Positions 60,429 to 64,000 of a DNA stretch of 64,000 nt are shown piece by piece. The notes under the pieces were generated by a model. That model worked only from the letters and a program-made list of their open reading frames with translations, was not told where the DNA came from and made no database searches. The translations under genes and the position numbers were made by a program. The DNA comes from Escherichia coli (GTDB taxonomy: Bacteria; Pseudomonadota; Gammaproteobacteria; Enterobacterales; Enterobacteriaceae), in NCBI RefSeq assembly GCF_003790525.1, contig NZ_CP033635.1. One strand, written 5' to 3'. The number at the start of each line of letters is the position of its first letter. Within the stretch, counting starts at the first letter, position 1.

Positions 60429-63400
60429 TTAGTCATTTTTCTGACAGAAAACAGCAATCTCCTGGTCCAGCTCTGCAATGTGTTCTTTTACAGAGTTCAG
60501 CAACTGAAGAATTTCAGGCTTACTGTCATCTGAAACAGGTGTTATTTCTAACTGATGGCTAATATTAATCAACTTTTGCAAATTCAGGATGTTAGCCGCA
60601 CCGTGGATGCGATGAATACACTGATGGAAAGTTCTGTTATCGCCAGCTTCTAGTGCATGAAACGCAGCGGGTAGATCTTTATGCGTTTCATGCTGGAAAG
60701 TCATGAGAATCTCCTGCATCAGTTGTAGATCATTCGCCGTATTATTCTTCAGGGCCTCGATATCAAGGTGGCGATACTGAGGTGCAATATGCGCAACCTG
60801 GTGTAACTGACTTAAATGTGTTTTCAGTACATCCAGAGTCAACGGTTTGAACAAACATAAGTTCATGCCGCAATTTAACCCTTTTTCACGTTCGTTAGCC
60901 TGTGCGTTGGCTGTAAGCCCCCAGATGGGTAAGGAAGAATTTTGCTCACGGAGTTTGCGAGTCAACTCAAAACCATCCATATTCGGCATATTTACGTCAG
61001 TAATAAGCAGATCATAATGTTGCATACTGATTTTGTGTAGCGCTTGCACACCATCAGTGGCTTCATCAACATCATATCCTAATAGATTTAGCTGGCGTTT
61101 GAGTAATAGCCTGTTGGTCGGATGATCATCCGCGATTAATATGCTCAACTTTTCAGGTAGTGTGATAGGTTGTTCTGCTTTTGTCTCTATAGCCGCCACT
61201 TGTTGGGTAATTTCTACCGGGATTGTGATCGTAAATATCGTTCCTATGCCTGGATGACTTTCTAATGACAAATCGCCCTGCATGTTTTTTATTAATTCTT
61301 TGCAGATCATTAAGCCTAAACCAGAACCTGTTTGCTGACGACCTGCACTTGTTTGGCTATAGCGTTTAAACAGTTGTTGTTGTTCTTCCTGCGATAATCC
61401 ACTTCCAGAATCCATAATCGTCATTTTGATAACAGCGTGGTTGTCATCAATGTGACCCAGGGAGGTCGTAATTTTTACTGCTCCCTCGGTAGTAAATTTG
61501 AGAGCATTACTCAGTAAATTAGATAAGACCTGCTTAAACGCCTGAGGGTCGATCTTAACCAGGTAGCGTTCAGGAAACGTACTGCTGCAACTTAATGCGA
61601 TGGATTTGCTTGCAGCAATCGCACCGAAAGAGTGACAAGTGTTCTGGACTAAAGTAGGGATATCGACCCATTGTGGTTGAAGTTGATAGTTACCCGATTC
61701 AATTTTGTCGACATCAAGGATTTCACCAATTAAGCCGAGGAGTGATTGTCCGGTGGCGTAGGCAAGTGAAATCGCCTCCACCCGTTGCTCCTTGCTAAGA
61801 CCAGAACCCGACAGTAGTTCCAGGAAGCCCATAATGGAGCTTATTGGTGTTCTTATTTCGTGACTCATTGTTGCCAGAAACTGGCTTTTTGCGACAGTTG
61901 CATTGATCGCTTTATTTCTCTCTACTTCGAGTGCATGAATTAAATCACGCGTCTCGGTAATATCTTGCCAACCACAAATATAAACAGCATGTTCGCTTGC
62001 TGGCAGATTACATAAGGTATGCCAGTGATTAATGCATCTTTTCTCGATGCCATTATCAATTTCAAATACCTGTGTGTATATTGTTCGGTTTTCTTTCGTT
62101 TCTGCTGTGACTTCATGCGTATTAGAAAAAACATCTTTAAAGGGGGATTCACTGTTTTCTAATGGTAACATTGCACTTTTATAGTAATCAGCAGTGAAAT
62201 AATGTTCAAATGCACTATTGTGACTAATGACATTACCTTGCCAGTTTACAACATAAGTTGGATTCGGTAAGGAGTCCGAGAGTGCTTTCCGGAATGATAT
62301 TTGGTTTTCTAAATCACCCTGAATAACTTTACGACGACGAACTGAGCGTAACAGGTAGAATCCCCATAAAAGGCTACTGCCAACTAATAAAACGGATAAT
62401 GTCGTAACAATATAAAATTGCTCGCTATAGAGGTCCCATGTATCAATGGTCACATTGGGCATTTTAATCCATTTTTCGGTCAGGCGCAGAACTTCGCTTG
62501 GGGGAATTGCATTCAGTGCTTTATTAATAATATCCTTAAGTTCCGGTTCTCCGCGAGGAAAAGCGAACGAAAGTGATGCATTCTGAACGCCGGGAATAAG
62601 AAAATGATAAAGTTCATTAGGATAGTAATGGTCGATCATGTAACGCGAATTTAACTGTGTCGCGACCAGAGCATCAAGTTCACCTTCCTTGACCTTGTGA
62701 AATGCAGCGCTGGCGTTATCGACTTTTATCCACTCTACCTCCGGATACATCTCTTTTAATTGCGAATGAAGCTCATAATAATATGGAATGGCAACTTTCA
62801 TTCCTTTTTTTAATGTTTGTTCACTGTCAGGCGCTTTTTGCATGACAAAAACGTAAGGCGTTGTTATGAAGGCTTCAGCAAATGAAACATTATTTTCTCG
62901 ATCTTCACTATAAATAGCGGCGGGCAATATATCCCATCCACCGGGGTTAAGCTGTGTCCCCGCATGAATATTGTGTGAAACGGTGATCGGAGAAAAATTT
63001 AAACCTGTTTGCAAGGTAATAATATTAAGAATATCACCCATCACGCCCCGAACTGAGCCAGTTTCATCTGTCATAGAATAGGGTGGCGAGTAAGGATTTT
63101 CCAGCACCTTTAAATCGGGATGCTGCTTAATCCACTGTTTTTCATGTTCAGTGAGTTCTAATGGTTTGTTCAGAAAGGCCAGGTTTCCTGTATCAAGCCA
63201 ATTTTGTGATACTTCATAGCGAACTTCATTTGTTAAAGCATCAACAAATCGATTGAGTACTTCATTAAGAACGATTGAATCTTTTCTGGTTAATAAAAAG
63301 TTATATTGACGCGGTGAGTTATAATACTTCACTACATTTAAGGAGTGAGTAAAATAACGGGAAATCATACTGCTGGTAATGATGTTACTACCAATAAAGT

Positions 63401-64000
63401 AATCATTCTGTCCGGCTGAGACGGATGCTAATGCCTGATATAAATTTGTAAAAGAGATAATTGTTGCTTTTGGAAATGATTGATGAATTACCTCGTCTGG
63501 GGGATAATTTGCTACTCGAGCAATATTTACTGGTTTTGATGAGGTAAGCGGTCGCATTGAATCGTGAAGGGTAGTGACCAGCGCCGGAAAGGTAATTATC
63601 AGAGGATTAGTTGCAGCAATGTCATCATTAAGAGGCGGCGAAGCAACTAAATGTGATAACACTATATCAACTTCACCGTCTTCCAGCGCGTCCATTGCTT
63701 TTTGATGATCTGCGTATTCCCGGAGTGTTAATTTGATATTTAACGCTCTTTTTAAAAGATTTAAATAATCAGCATTAATACCACGAATCCGTTGCTGCGA
63801 ATCGGTATGCAACAACGTAGCTGTTTGGGACTTGTGTACTGCAATCACAAGATTTTTTTTGCTCGCTAGCCAACGTAATTCCTTGTTGCTCAGACGTAGT
63901 GGATCAAGTGTGACACGGTTGTTACTACTGATGCCACGATATTCGATGTAATCTCCGTCTGCGAAACTTATGGTCGACCAAAGACCACAACAGAGAAGAA
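60429..64000 (-). CDS. evgS: Hybrid sensor histidine kinase EvgS; N-terminus lies beyond the window end (partial)
   Basis: Open frame to position 64000; translation from the window edge reads ...FLLCCGLWSTISFADGDYIEYRGISSNNRVTLDPLRLSNKELRWLASKKNLVIAVHKSQ..., continuing through HisKA/HATPase, receiver and HPt domains. Confidence 0.95.
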   Translation of the reverse strand, partial: LLCCGLWSTISFADGDYIEYRGISSNNRVTLDPLRLSNKELRWLASKKNLVIAVHKSQTATLLHTDSQQRIRGINADYLNLLKRALNIKLTLREYADHQKAMDALEDGEVDIVLSHLVASPPLNDDIAATNPLIITFPALVTTLHDSMRPLTSSKPVNIARVANYPPDEVIHQSFPKATIISFTNLYQALASVSAGQNDYFIGSNIITSSMISRYFTHSLNVVKYYNSPRQYNFLLTRKDSIVLNEVLNRFVDALTNEVRYEVSQNWLDTGNLAFLNKPLELTEHEKQWIKQHPDLKVLENPYSPPYSMTDETGSVRGVMGDILNIITLQTGLNFSPITVSHNIHAGTQLNPGGWDILPAAIYSEDRENNVSFAEAFITTPYVFVMQKAPDSEQTLKKGMKVAIPYYYELHSQLKEMYPEVEWIKVDNASAAFHKVKEGELDALVATQLNSRYMIDHYYPNELYHFLIPGVQNASLSFAFPRGEPELKDIINKALNAIPPSEVLRLTEKWIKMPNVTIDTWDLYSEQFYIVTTLSVLLVGSSLLWGFYLLRSVRRRKVIQGDLENQISFRKALSDSLPNPTYVVNWQGNVISHNSAFEHYFTADYYKSAMLPLENSESPFKDVFSNTHEVTAETKENRTIYTQVFEIDNGIEKRCINHWHTLCNLPASEHAVYICGWQDITETRDLIHALEVERNKAINATVAKSQFLATMSHEIRTPISSIMGFLELLSGSGLSKEQRVEAISLAYATGQSLLGLIGEILDVDKIESGNYQLQPQWVDIPTLVQNTCHSFGAIAASKSIALSCSSTFPERYLVKIDPQAFKQVLSNLLSNALKFTTEGAVKITTSLGHIDDNHAVIKMTIMDSGSGLSQEEQQQLFKRYSQTSAGRQQTGSGLGLMICKELIKNMQGDLSLESHPGIGTIFTITIPVEITQQVAAIETKAEQPITLPEKLSILIADDHPTNRLLLKRQLNLLGYDVDEATDGVQALHKISMQHYDLLITDVNMPNMDGFELTRKLREQNSSLPIWGLTANAQANEREKGLNCGMNLCLFKPLTLDVLKTHLSQLHQVAHIAPQYRHLDIEALKNNTANDLQLMQEILMTFQHETHKDLPAAFHALEAGDNRTFHQCIHRIHGAANILNLQKLINISHQLEITPVSDDSKPEILQLLNSVKEHIAELDQEIAVFCQKND

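Overview
This window reads as a contiguous stretch of Escherichia coli core chromosome, collinear with the K-12 murP-to-evgS interval (about 54 to 53 min) but in inverted orientation. It runs murPQ/murR, ucpA, cysPUWAM, yfeK, pdxK, crr-ptsI-ptsH, cysK, cysZ, zipA, ligA, ypeB, yfeH, yfeR, yfeN, xapABR, the lysV-valYXU tRNA cluster, gltX, yfeDC, alaWX tRNAs, yfeA(pdeA), nupC, mntH, ypeC, yfeO, glk, fryBC-ypdFE-fryA, ypdCBA, alaC, ypdK, lpxP, yfdY, ypdI, yfdX-frc-oxc-yfdV-yfdE and the 3' part of evgS. Nearly every long ORF translates to a protein I recognise from E. coli, so I do not see a novel or undescribed biological system here, and no CRISPR array, prophage or defence island. The differences from the K-12 arrangement are strain-level: (1) an intact IS4 with a 12-bp target duplication inserted in the shared crr/pdxK terminator; (2) a decayed IS200/IS605-family element (tnpA and tnpB both disrupted) between gltX and yfeD; (3) a single-base frameshift splitting ypdB; (4) apparent absence of yfeS and of the IS186 copy K-12 carries next to nupC. 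Smaller observations are a duplicated EvgA-box module upstream of yfdX and frc, the Fur/MntR operators of mntH, REP elements, and one unannotated 52-codon hydrophobic ORF. All K-12 comparisons are from memory, not a database search, and three of the frameshifts sit in short homopolymers, so sequencing error should be excluded before calling them pseudogenes.
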